A stretch of DNA of 64,000 bases, taken from a bacterium (lineage in GTDB: Bacteria; Patescibacteriota; JABMPQ01; JBDRIV01). The stretch is from the NCBI GenBank assembly GCA_043815505.1, contig JBDRIV010000002.1:438943-502942 (forward strand), in the 5' to 3' direction. This document shows, piece by piece, positions 39,334 to 47,370 of the stretch (within the stretch, counting starts at the first letter, position 1; every line of letters starts with the position of its first letter). A program made the position numbers and the translations under genes. The notes under the pieces are model-generated. The model saw only the letters and a program-made list of their open reading frames with translations, had not been told where the DNA came from and did not search any database.

Positions 39334-40867
39334 TCACACAACTTTATATAGAAAATATCGACCCAATAAATTCGCCGAAATTATTGGTCAGGAACCAGTG
39401 GTCAAAACTTTGCAGAATGCTATTGCTAAGGGAAAAGTAGCTCATGCTTACTTATTTTCTGGACCTCGCGGGGTGGGGAAAACTACGGTGGCTAGAATCT
39501 TGGCTCAAAGTGTTAACTGTGAAAATTTCAAAAACGGTGAACCCTGCAATAAATGTAAAAGTTGTGAGGCGATGGCAGGTGGCAGTATGGACTTGGTAGA
39601 AATTGATGCTGCTTCCAATAGAGGAATTGATGAGGTTAGAGCTCTGCGCGAAAAAGCTCTGTTTGCTCCGACGGAAGTAAAAATGAAAGTTTTTGTAATT
39701 GATGAGGTTCACATGTTAACTAAAGAAGCTTTCAATGCTCTGTTAAAACTATTGGAAGAACCACCAGCTCACGCTATGTTCATTTTGGCCACCACTGAAC
39801 CGCAAAAAATTGTTGCTACCATTTTGTCCCGTTGCGCTCGTTTTGATTTTCGCCCTGTCAGTAAAAAAGATTTGGATAAACTAGCAAATCTAATTGCCAA
39901 AAAAGAAGAAGTTAAATTAGACATAGCCGCTTTAGATTTAATCGTACGTTCCGCCACTGGATCGGCACGAGATTTACTTAGCATACTCGGACAAATTATA
40001 AATAGTGGCCAGAAAAGTATTGTGGAAAGAGACGTAAAGGATTTACTGGGCGTGCAAGATCAAACACAAATTCCTATCTTTGTTGGATATTTAATAAAGA
40101 AAAAATCTGGTCAAGCGATTGAACATATCAACGAAATATTATTTTCGGGTTATGATGCCAAAGAATTGAGAAACAATATTTTAGAATATCTACGTTTATT
40201 ATTACTTGCCAAAAACGAAATTAAAAACATTGATATCCCAGCAGTTTATGAAACCGAAATTAGTAAACAAAAATCTGAAATTTCTGAAGTAGAAATAATA
40301 CTAATGATTAAAACCTTTCTGGATATAAATAAATGGTTGGCCGTTTCACCGGTTATAAGTTTACCTTTTGAATTGGCTATAACTGAAATAGTTAGTTCCG
40401 ATGAGGACATAGATAATGATAATGATAATGATGATGAGGAGGTAATAAGTGAAAAAAAGGAAATTAAGGAAATTAAACCAGTTCAAAAAAGTGAAAAAAT
40501 TGAATCAACTATAGAAACGTCAAAATTAAAAACTCCCATAAATAGTATTGAAAAATCGTGGCAAAAAGTAATTGAAAACTTACGTAGTGAAAACTTTTCA
40601 GTTTCGACATTTTTACAAGTTTCTATTCCTGCTAAGATAAAGAAAAATATTTTGGTTATTGCCTGTAAATTTAGTTTTCATAAAGAGAAAATAAATGAAA
40701 TGAGAAATAAAATGATAATTGAAGAAGTTTTGGAAAAGGTATTTGGAGAAAAGATTAAAATTGAGGTTGAAGTTAAAGAAGATTTGGAAATAAATAAAGT
40801 AGAGCTTAAAAAAGCTAAAGCATCTAGCAATGAATTGGTGAATGATGCTGAAAACGCATTTTTATAA
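39320..40867 (+). CDS. dnaX: DNA polymerase III subunit gamma/tau
   Basis: KYRPNKFAEIIGQEPVVKTLQNA...AHAYLFSGPRGVGKTTVARILA, zinc module (CNKCKSCEAMAGG), SRC motif (ILSRCARFDF). Confidence 0.9.
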   Translation: MNKNNHTTLYRKYRPNKFAEIIGQEPVVKTLQNAIAKGKVAHAYLFSGPRGVGKTTVARILAQSVNCENFKNGEPCNKCKSCEAMAGGSMDLVEIDAASNRGIDEVRALREKALFAPTEVKMKVFVIDEVHMLTKEAFNALLKLLEEPPAHAMFILATTEPQKIVATILSRCARFDFRPVSKKDLDKLANLIAKKEEVKLDIAALDLIVRSATGSARDLLSILGQIINSGQKSIVERDVKDLLGVQDQTQIPIFVGYLIKKKSGQAIEHINEILFSGYDAKELRNNILEYLRLLLLAKNEIKNIDIPAVYETEISKQKSEISEVEIILMIKTFLDINKWLAVSPVISLPFELAITEIVSSDEDIDNDNDNDDEEVISEKKEIKEIKPVQKSEKIESTIETSKLKTPINSIEKSWQKVIENLRSENFSVSTFLQVSIPAKIKKNILVIACKFSFHKEKINEMRNKMIIEEVLEKVFGEKIKIEVEVKEDLEINKVELKKAKASSNELVNDAENAFL

Positions 40868-40946
40868 GAGAGTAAAAATAAAAAAGCAAAGAGCAAATAA
40901 GCGATCGTAATAATTTTAATTTTTCTCTTTGAATTTTAATCTTTTA

Positions 40947-41018
40947 TGGGGAGTAGCCAAGCGGTAAGGCACATGGTTTTGGTCCATGCATTCGGGGGTT
41001 CGAATCCCTCCTCCCCAG
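40947..41018 (+). tRNA. tRNA-Gln (anticodon UUG)
   Basis: Cloverleaf by hand: acceptor TGGGGAG/CTCCCCA, 3-bp D-stem GCC/GGC with loop AAGCGGTAA, anticodon stem CATGG/CCATG with loop TTTTGGT (anticodon TTG), T-arm GGGGG-TTCGAAT-CCCTC, discriminator G. Near-identical in layout to E. coli tRNA-Gln. CCA not encoded. Confidence 0.85.
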
Positions 41019-41104
41019 GATAGAGGTTTGAGTATCGTGCAACCCACGTGCTTCAAAAGCCCTCCTAGGATTAGCTCGTAATAAGACTCAAAAATACAAA
41101 GAAT

Positions 41105-41123
41105 CGCCAAAAGGGCGGTTTTT
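41105..41123 (+). terminator. Putative intrinsic terminator downstream of tRNA-Gln
   Basis: CGCC-aaaag-GGCG hairpin followed by TTTTTT. Confidence 0.4.
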
Positions 41124-41154
41124 TGGTAGGATAATTTTATATAACAAAATATAA

Positions 41155-41667
41155 ATGCAGACATATTTATTAATTGGACTAATTATAATTCTCGGAACTT
41201 TTGTTTATGCAAATATTCGAGCTATTGGATGGGTGCCGATGAAATCGAAGGACATTGCTAAAGTTCTAGAATTAGCAGATTTAAAACCAAATGAAACTTT
41301 TTGTGATTTAGGTTGTGGTGACGGAAAGCTGATAATGGCCGCCGGACAAAAAGCTCAAGCGTTGGGATATGATATCTCAATTCCCTTGTATATTGTTGCT
41401 AAAATTAGATCCTTCTTTAGTAAAGGAAAAGTACAAGTAAAATTACGAGATTTCTGGTTGGTAAATTTAGAAAACTGCGATGTGGTATTTTTCTTTCTAA
41501 TTCCGAGAATTTTCCCTAAAATGAAAGAAAAATTGGAAAAGGAATTAAAAACTGGTGCCAGAGTTATAATTTATGTTTGGCCCATGCCGGGATGGAAAAT
41601 TAATAAAGTTTTTAAAAATAAAAACGACCACTCTATTTATTTATATAAAATAGGAGATTTAAAGTAA
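41155..41667 (+). CDS. Class I SAM-dependent methyltransferase (N-terminal TM)
   Basis: Motif I FCDLGCGDGKL. Short Rossmann-fold MTase preceded by a hydrophobic helix. Confidence 0.6.
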   Translation: MQTYLLIGLIIILGTFVYANIRAIGWVPMKSKDIAKVLELADLKPNETFCDLGCGDGKLIMAAGQKAQALGYDISIPLYIVAKIRSFFSKGKVQVKLRDFWLVNLENCDVVFFFLIPRIFPKMKEKLEKELKTGARVIIYVWPMPGWKINKVFKNKNDHSIYLYKIGDLK

Positions 41668-41723
41668 TTAAAAATTAAAAATAAGCCACCAAGGGCCTTT
41701 TTTGATATTTTTTTGCAGAATGA

Positions 41724-41751
41724 ACCGCTTGGCTTGAAGACCAAGCGGTTA
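41724..41751. other. Perfect 10-bp inverted repeat (AACCGCTTGG-N8-CCAAGCGGTT)
   Basis: Lies between the convergent methyltransferase and the GC-rich minus-strand ORF. May act as a terminator but lacks a clean T-run. Confidence 0.3.
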
Positions 41752-41760
41752 AAATGATTT

Positions 41761-42069
41761 TCATCTGGGGAGAATGCGTCTGGGTGGTCCGAGAGACAGA
41801 ACTCCTAGAACTTTCTGGCGGGCGATGACACGAAGCACGAGTTTGGTAAGATCTCCATTCACAGGACCACCATTACTGATGATTGCCTGTATTACTTTCT
41901 CAAACTCCGGATCATTTTCCAATTCCTTAGCCAGTCTGGACGCTTCTTCTTTCTTTGTAAGAACCTCAAAGGGTTTAGTGCCAGTGGGAATACGAGCAAC
42001 AATTCCATCAGCAGATTCAATAAATTCAATAGTCATGGCCATACCCCCTATGTTTAGATGATAAATCAA
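41761..42069 (-). CDS. Hypothetical small protein in a locally GC-rich segment (HicB/UPF0150-like fold suspected)
   Basis: Coherent translation (M)AMTIEFIESADGIVARIPTGTKPFEVLTKKEEASRLAKELEND..., loosely reminiscent of HicB-type antitoxins. The DNA is visibly richer in G+C than its flanks. Confidence 0.35.
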   Translation of the reverse strand: MIYHLNIGGMAMTIEFIESADGIVARIPTGTKPFEVLTKKEEASRLAKELENDPEFEKVIQAIISNGGPVNGDLTKLVLRVIARQKVLGVLSLGPPRRILPR

Positions 42070-42191
42070 ATGAACATTTTTATATTAAGACTGATATTAA
42101 TAGATATTTAATTATGTGTCAAGGGGATAAGTTCGAATATACAAATATCTAAAAAATTGCTAAAATATAAGCATATAATTAACCATTTTAT

Positions 42192-42836
42192 ATGACAGAA
42201 GAAAACACAACTCCATCCGAAAATGAGCCAAAAGAAGACTCAAAAGATGGAGATAAAAAGAAAAATAACAAAGTTTTAATTATAGTTATAATTTTAGTTG
42301 GTGCTCTAATAATATTAGGATTTGCAGCTTCAGCTATATTTGGTTGGATGGGGAAGAAAGTGGTTGAAAATGTTATAGAAAATACTGCTGAATCAAGTTT
42401 AGGAGAAGGTGCAGATGTTGATATTGATGAAGATGGATATACAATTACCAATAATGGCACAACGGTATCAGGAGATGAGAACAGTTATAGTATGACATCA
42501 GATGACGGATCAATTAAAAGTGGAACAGCAGCAGAACTTCCAAGTGATTGGCCAAGTAACATCCCGGAATACAGTGGATCTGAACTATCTTCTACTACTG
42601 ATATTTCCGGAACCATGTCAGCATATTATGAATCAACAGATAGTGTTAGTGATGTTGCAAGCTATCTTAAAGATAAATTGGAAAAAGCTGGTTATATAAT
42701 TGGTGATACATATACTACCAATGATTCCTATATGTATACATTTTCGGATAATACTTACGATGGTTCATTGAATGTATATTCTTATGAAGATGGAAAAACA
42801 ACTTACGCAATTATTTTAGGACCAAAAACTGAATAA
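42192..42836 (+). CDS. Membrane-anchored Ser/Thr/Asp-rich extracytoplasmic protein, hypothetical
   Basis: Acidic N-terminal tail, one TM (VLIIVIILVGALIILGFAASAIF), S/T/D/Y-rich exodomain. Confidence 0.4.
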   Translation: MTEENTTPSENEPKEDSKDGDKKKNNKVLIIVIILVGALIILGFAASAIFGWMGKKVVENVIENTAESSLGEGADVDIDEDGYTITNNGTTVSGDENSYSMTSDDGSIKSGTAAELPSDWPSNIPEYSGSELSSTTDISGTMSAYYESTDSVSDVASYLKDKLEKAGYIIGDTYTTNDSYMYTFSDNTYDGSLNVYSYEDGKTTYAIILGPKTE

Positions 42837-43324
42837 TGGAAGACGAGAAAAAAAAATTAAGAGTCGGTTGGTTTACGTTTTCTTGTTGTGAAGATTCCAC
42901 GGTTATAATGATCGAAGTCTTAAACGATCATTGGCAAGAATGGAGAAAGCTAATTGATTTTCGCCACGCCCGCGTTTTACAAAGAAAAAACGTTTTAGAT
43001 GAAATGGACGTGGCTTTTGTTGAGGGCGCAATAACATCTGAAGAATATGTAAAGAAAGTAAAGAAGATTAGAGATTTAGCAAAAGTTGTTGTAGCGGTGG
43101 GCGCTTGTGCCGTAACTGGTATGCCTTCTGGACAAAGAAATAATTTTGACGAAAAAACAAAAGCAGAAGTTCAATTTTTAGTAGAGAGGTTTAAACAACT
43201 TGATAGAGTTATGAAAGTTGGAGAAGTAATTAAAGTTGATGCGGAACTTCCTGGATGTCCAATGGACCCTAATCAATTCATAGAGCTTGTAGAAAAAGCC
43301 TTTAAAGATTTTAAAATCAAATAA
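42836..43324 (+). CDS. [NiFe] hydrogenase small subunit, minimal NuoB-like (proximal 4Fe-4S only)
   Basis: Only four Cys, arranged as in NuoB/Oxidored_q6 small subunits: FSCCEDS ... VGACAVTGMP ... LPGCPMDP. No medial or distal cluster ligands. Start overlaps the large-subunit gene boundary. Confidence 0.7.
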   Translation: MEDEKKKLRVGWFTFSCCEDSTVIMIEVLNDHWQEWRKLIDFRHARVLQRKNVLDEMDVAFVEGAITSEEYVKKVKKIRDLAKVVVAVGACAVTGMPSGQRNNFDEKTKAEVQFLVERFKQLDRVMKVGEVIKVDAELPGCPMDPNQFIELVEKAFKDFKIK

Positions 43325-44631
43325 TGCATACATTTGATTTATCACTTGGTGAAATTACAAAAGTTGAAGGCGCTGCTTCGCTAGATTTGAGTGTAAAAGA
43401 CAATAAGGTTACCAGTGTAAAATTTAAAATTGACGAGCATAAAAGATTTTACACACAAGCTATGCGGGGAAAAATGGTTATGGCCCTACCGCAACTGTTG
43501 GCTAGGATTTGTGGAACTTGTTCTAATGCTCATCTTTTATGTAGTATTGAATCTTGTGAAAATGCTTTAGGAATTGAAGTTTCCCAGCAAACAAATATTT
43601 TACGTGATTTAACCATGGATGGACTGATGATTCGAGATCACGCTTTGCATTTGTATTTGTTTTCCATGCCCGATATTTTTGGCAAAGATAATTTTTTAAG
43701 TTTCGATGAAGATGATGAAACGGAACACCAAATGTTGCATGATGCTTTTGAAATAAAAGCCGTTGGAGATGGTTTGGCCAAGTTAGTTTCTGGAAGAAGT
43801 GTCCACGCTATGTTTCCAACAATTGGAGGATTTAACAATGAAGTTAAAAAAGAAGATATTGCTCCAATTATGGAAAAATTAAAAAAAACTCGACCAGCAG
43901 TTTTGCGCTTAATGGAAGTGTTTGCTGAGGCCGATTTTCATTTAGATAGAGAAACGCAGTTCATGGCCATCGTGGGCGATAATGAATTTAATTATTTACG
44001 AGGAAAATTAAAAACTAGTGATGGTATGGAAAAAGATGAAAAGGAATTTAGAGATCATTTGGAACATGTTGTTTTGCCATATTCACAAGCTTCTGGTTAT
44101 AAATATAAAGGAACATCTTTCATGGTTGGTTCTATGGCGAGAATTAATTTAGCCAAAGAATTATTGGAAGATGAAACCAAAAAAGATGCCAAAAAGTATT
44201 TGGACATGTTTCCCACAACCGATATTTTTCAAAACAATTTAGCTCAAGCAATAGAAATATTGAACAGTATTGACCATGCAATTAAAGTATTTGCTACGAC
44301 GGAATTCAAAAAAGAAGATCTCATAAAAGCAGAGCCTCCCAAAGAAGAGACTGTTGGTATTGGCGTGATAGAAGCGCCCCGTGGAACGCTTTATCATAAA
44401 ATAGTTTTGCAACCAGATAATAAAGTAAAAGAAGGTGAAATTATTGTTCCTACTGGTCAAAATCAGATTAATATTGAACAAGATATTAAAACTTTGGTAG
44501 AAAAAAATCTAGACAAGCTAGATAAAGATGGAATGGCCATGGAAATAGAAAAACTTATTCGGGCTTATGATCCTTGTATGAGTTGCGGGTCACATTTTTT
44601 GAAGGTAAATTGGAACGAAGAGAAAATATAA
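43324..44631 (+). CDS. [NiFe] hydrogenase large (catalytic) subunit
   Basis: N-terminal L1 motif RICGTCSNAH and C-terminal L2 motif DPCMSCGSH, the two CxxC pairs ligating Ni-Fe. A short C-terminal extension (FLKVNWNEEKI) follows the conserved His, as expected for a protease-processed precursor. Confidence 0.8.
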   Translation: MHTFDLSLGEITKVEGAASLDLSVKDNKVTSVKFKIDEHKRFYTQAMRGKMVMALPQLLARICGTCSNAHLLCSIESCENALGIEVSQQTNILRDLTMDGLMIRDHALHLYLFSMPDIFGKDNFLSFDEDDETEHQMLHDAFEIKAVGDGLAKLVSGRSVHAMFPTIGGFNNEVKKEDIAPIMEKLKKTRPAVLRLMEVFAEADFHLDRETQFMAIVGDNEFNYLRGKLKTSDGMEKDEKEFRDHLEHVVLPYSQASGYKYKGTSFMVGSMARINLAKELLEDETKKDAKKYLDMFPTTDIFQNNLAQAIEILNSIDHAIKVFATTEFKKEDLIKAEPPKEETVGIGVIEAPRGTLYHKIVLQPDNKVKEGEIIVPTGQNQINIEQDIKTLVEKNLDKLDKDGMAMEIEKLIRAYDPCMSCGSHFLKVNWNEEKI

Positions 44632-44986
44632 GATCAGGTAAAACTTCATCTGCTTCTGAATTTTGGGGCAATCCAAATATCAGAATATGAGAGGGAAGTT
44701 TTTTTAATTTATCTAAAAATAATAATTGACTGTGTACATCCAAATCATGCATGGTTATACTCGGGTTTTTTCTGAACTCTTTAATATCTCTGAATAATTT
44801 AACTTTATCAATTCCTTGAACGGTATCAATTATAACTAAGGGACGAGGAATTGATTCCTCATTTTCAATATAAGAAATTTCAAAAAACTCAAATTCAGGA
44901 AACTCTTTTTGCAGTTTCTTTTTTAATTTTAGTGGCAAATTATCTATGGCCAAATCTTTATTTCCCAGTAACCAAATTTCCATCAA
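44555..44986 (-). CDS. Hydrogenase maturation endopeptidase-like protein (HycI/HybD family, divergent)
   Basis: ~140 aa with LLGNKDLAIDNL (degenerate GxGN...DDG), VIIDTVQG (conserved Asp) and HDLDVH (conserved His). Adjacent and convergent to the large subunit. Confidence 0.45.
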   Translation of the reverse strand: MMEIWLLGNKDLAIDNLPLKLKKKLQKEFPEFEFFEISYIENEESIPRPLVIIDTVQGIDKVKLFRDIKEFRKNPSITMHDLDVHSQLLFLDKLKKLPSHILIFGLPQNSEADEVLPDLIFSLRSNLPSKNVTRNSYKDHKPE

Positions 44987-45741
44987 ATTGTAAGATTAGC
45001 TAACATTATCGATTGGTTGGTAAAAGATTTTAATATTTTATATTGTTCAAGGGAAATTGTATCGCAGGGAGAATCCCAATGAACAGTAATAATTTCACCA
45101 ACTTTTATATTGTCCAACCAACCTTCATCGTTTAAGCGACGTATAATCCTTTTAGGTTTAGTGGCACCAGCTAAAGAGAATTTTCCGTTATGATATTGCA
45201 ATTCATCCAGTCGGGCATAAATATAGGGGCCAGATATCTTTGTTATTTTTCCTGCAGTAATTATACATTTCTTTAAACTATCTAACGATTCATGTATTTT
45301 ATCATCCCCAATTTTATGCCAAATATTTAAAACGTGAAATGAATGATGTAAAAAAACACCCATATGTAGTTTATCTTCAACATATTTAAAATCAGCTCCA
45401 AACTTTGTATTAAAATTTCGCACCTCAGTAAAATACTTGTAAGTTGCTTGTTTGGAGATATTCTTTAGCAGGTCATTTCCTAGCCAATAAGCGGCCACCA
45501 CACGTGGATCATAAGGATCTGCTATATTGTTCTGGCTGGCAATAAACTGCAAATAGGGATGAAGGTTTTTAAATTGAGAAAGAATATTGTTTAAGCCATC
45601 ATCAAAACTCTCGTTTTTTAGATATGCAAAAACCTCAGAATTGGCATCCGGACCACAAAGATGAAGTCGGTTCGGACCAAAAGAGTATCTTGCACACAAA
45701 GATACTCCATCAATTTTATCTTTAGTTAATTTATCTGACAA
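44983..45741 (-). CDS. Conserved hypothetical protein
   Basis: 252 aa, two Cys near the N-terminus (SLCARYSFGPNRLHLCGPD), His-rich central region. No family recognised by eye. Likely co-transcribed with the protease-like gene (4-nt overlap). Confidence 0.35.
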   Translation of the reverse strand: MSDKLTKDKIDGVSLCARYSFGPNRLHLCGPDANSEVFAYLKNESFDDGLNNILSQFKNLHPYLQFIASQNNIADPYDPRVVAAYWLGNDLLKNISKQATYKYFTEVRNFNTKFGADFKYVEDKLHMGVFLHHSFHVLNIWHKIGDDKIHESLDSLKKCIITAGKITKISGPYIYARLDELQYHNGKFSLAGATKPKRIIRRLNDEGWLDNIKVGEIITVHWDSPCDTISLEQYKILKSFTNQSIMLANLTI

Positions 45742-45743
45742 AT

Positions 45744-46664
45744 CTATACTTTAAGTTTTAATTGTTTGGCTTTACTCTTAGAAAGTGATTTAGAAAAATA
45801 CAAATATATTCCTACACCAGCTAGTGTTAGTAGTGTTCCATAAATTAAATTTGTATTAATGTTGTGAGCATCAATAACTGCAATTAAAATGTTTGTAATT
45901 AAAGCGGAAGGGACAAGTAGAGTGGTAACTACTGTGGCGGGAGCTCTTTTTAAGGCAGCATACCAAGTTAAAACATATCCGCTCAAGAAAACAGCTGAAA
46001 TAGTTGTCCATAACCATTGCTGACCAGATAAATTTGAAAACATATACAAATTTCCTTGTTGCCAAACAACAAACAGCAAAACGATTGAGCCTAAAACCAT
46101 ACGACCACCAGTTACTAGTAAGGCTGAAAATTTCTTTAGAACATGTTTGGCGATTACATTTTCAATGGCCCAAAGCATGGTAGCTAGAACAATAAATAAT
46201 TCACCTCGAGAAAATTCAAATCCCGAAAAGCCACCAATAACTAAAGTGCCTGTAACAAGTAATCCCATGCCAGCAATTTGTAAAAAGGTGAGTTTTTCTT
46301 TAAGAAACGGAACGGATAAAATTGCTACCCAAATAAATAAAGTTTTATGAATGAAATTAGCATTAACGGCTGATGATTCCAATAGACCAGTGAAAAAGAG
46401 AATAAAAGGAATACTGCCACCGATAATTCCAATCAAAATTAGTTTTGTCCAATCATGGAGCCGCAAATCCTTAATTTCTCGCCATTTCATAAATAGTAGC
46501 ATCAAACCAATAACAAGCAGGGCGACCACAGAATTTTTTAGAGTTGTAAAAACTATTGGATCTTTAACAATCGTAACAGCATACTTCATGATGAAATTTG
46601 AGAAACCTGAAATGAGAGCTGTTAATAATGCTAAGATAACACCTAATTTATATTTATTTTTCAT
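45744..46664 (-). CDS. EamA/DMT-family transporter (10 TM)
   Basis: Two tandem 5-TM EamA-like halves. Confidence 0.7.
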   Translation of the reverse strand: MKNKYKLGVILALLTALISGFSNFIMKYAVTIVKDPIVFTTLKNSVVALLVIGLMLLFMKWREIKDLRLHDWTKLILIGIIGGSIPFILFFTGLLESSAVNANFIHKTLFIWVAILSVPFLKEKLTFLQIAGMGLLVTGTLVIGGFSGFEFSRGELFIVLATMLWAIENVIAKHVLKKFSALLVTGGRMVLGSIVLLFVVWQQGNLYMFSNLSGQQWLWTTISAVFLSGYVLTWYAALKRAPATVVTTLLVPSALITNILIAVIDAHNINTNLIYGTLLTLAGVGIYLYFSKSLSKSKAKQLKLKV

Positions 46665-46919
46665 TTACTTTTAACTAATATTTACGCTTAGTATAGTATA
46701 GCAAAACCAAAATATTTGTTTAGACTGGAATATTTATGAATATTATGTTATAATATAAATACTTTACAAAAACTCGTTCTAAAACAAAAATAACACCAAA
46801 AACTATTTCAAAAAAAGGCAACAAGCTTACTTTTTCCAAGGAAGCTTTATCTAATATTGTTGACGACACTAAAAAGGAAAAGGATGATCTGACTAAAGCT
46901 AAAAATGTAAACTGGTTTA

Positions 46920-46943
46920 AAACCCCAAAAAATGGGGTTTTTT
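46920..46943 (+). terminator. Terminator-like hairpin inside the 5' leader of the response-regulator gene
   Basis: AAACCCCA-aaaaa-TGGGGTTT followed by TTT, ~55 nt upstream of the ATG at 46999. Confidence 0.35.
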
Positions 46944-46998
46944 CTTGTGAAAGAATGAAATTTAAGCTAATATAAAGACAGATAATTAATTATTTATT

Positions 46999-47370
46999 AT
47001 GCCTGCCAAAATTCTTATAATTGAAGATGAAGCAGATTTGTTAGAAATATATAACAAAAAACTGACTGAATCTAATATGGAGGTGGTAACCGCCAAAGAT
47101 GGAAAAAGCGGTATTGAAATGGCCAATAAAGAGAGGCCAAATCTGATAATTTTGGACCTAATGTTGCCAGAAATGCATGGTTTTGATGTCCTAGCAGAAA
47201 TAAAAAAGGACGATAATTTGAAGGATACGCCAATAATAATTCTAACTAATCTTAATCATTCTTTGGATGAAAAGAAGGGATATAATTTAGGTGTAGCAGA
47301 ATATCTTATAAAAGTACAAACAGACGTTTCCCAATTACCAGAAATTATAAGAAAACATCTTAAAAAATAA
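46999..47370 (+). CDS. Stand-alone response regulator receiver (CheY-like)
   Basis: KILIIEDEADLL...LIILDLMLPEMHGFDVL...PIIILTNL. Asp phospho-acceptor context and conserved Thr/Lys present. No output domain. Confidence 0.8.
   Translation: MPAKILIIEDEADLLEIYNKKLTESNMEVVTAKDGKSGIEMANKERPNLIILDLMLPEMHGFDVLAEIKKDDNLKDTPIIILTNLNHSLDEKKGYNLGVAEYLIKVQTDVSQLPEIIRKHLKK

Noticed and set aside
40916-41164. 82-aa minus-strand ORF
   Set aside because: Completely overlaps tRNA-Gln and its flanks. The translation is not protein-like. The tRNA explains the locus.
41774-42061. 95-aa plus-strand ORF opposite the GC-rich minus-strand ORF
   Set aside because: The R/S/P-rich translation is typical of the antisense frame of GC-rich coding DNA. 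The minus-strand frame gives a coherent, amphipathic protein-like sequence, so the minus-strand call was kept.
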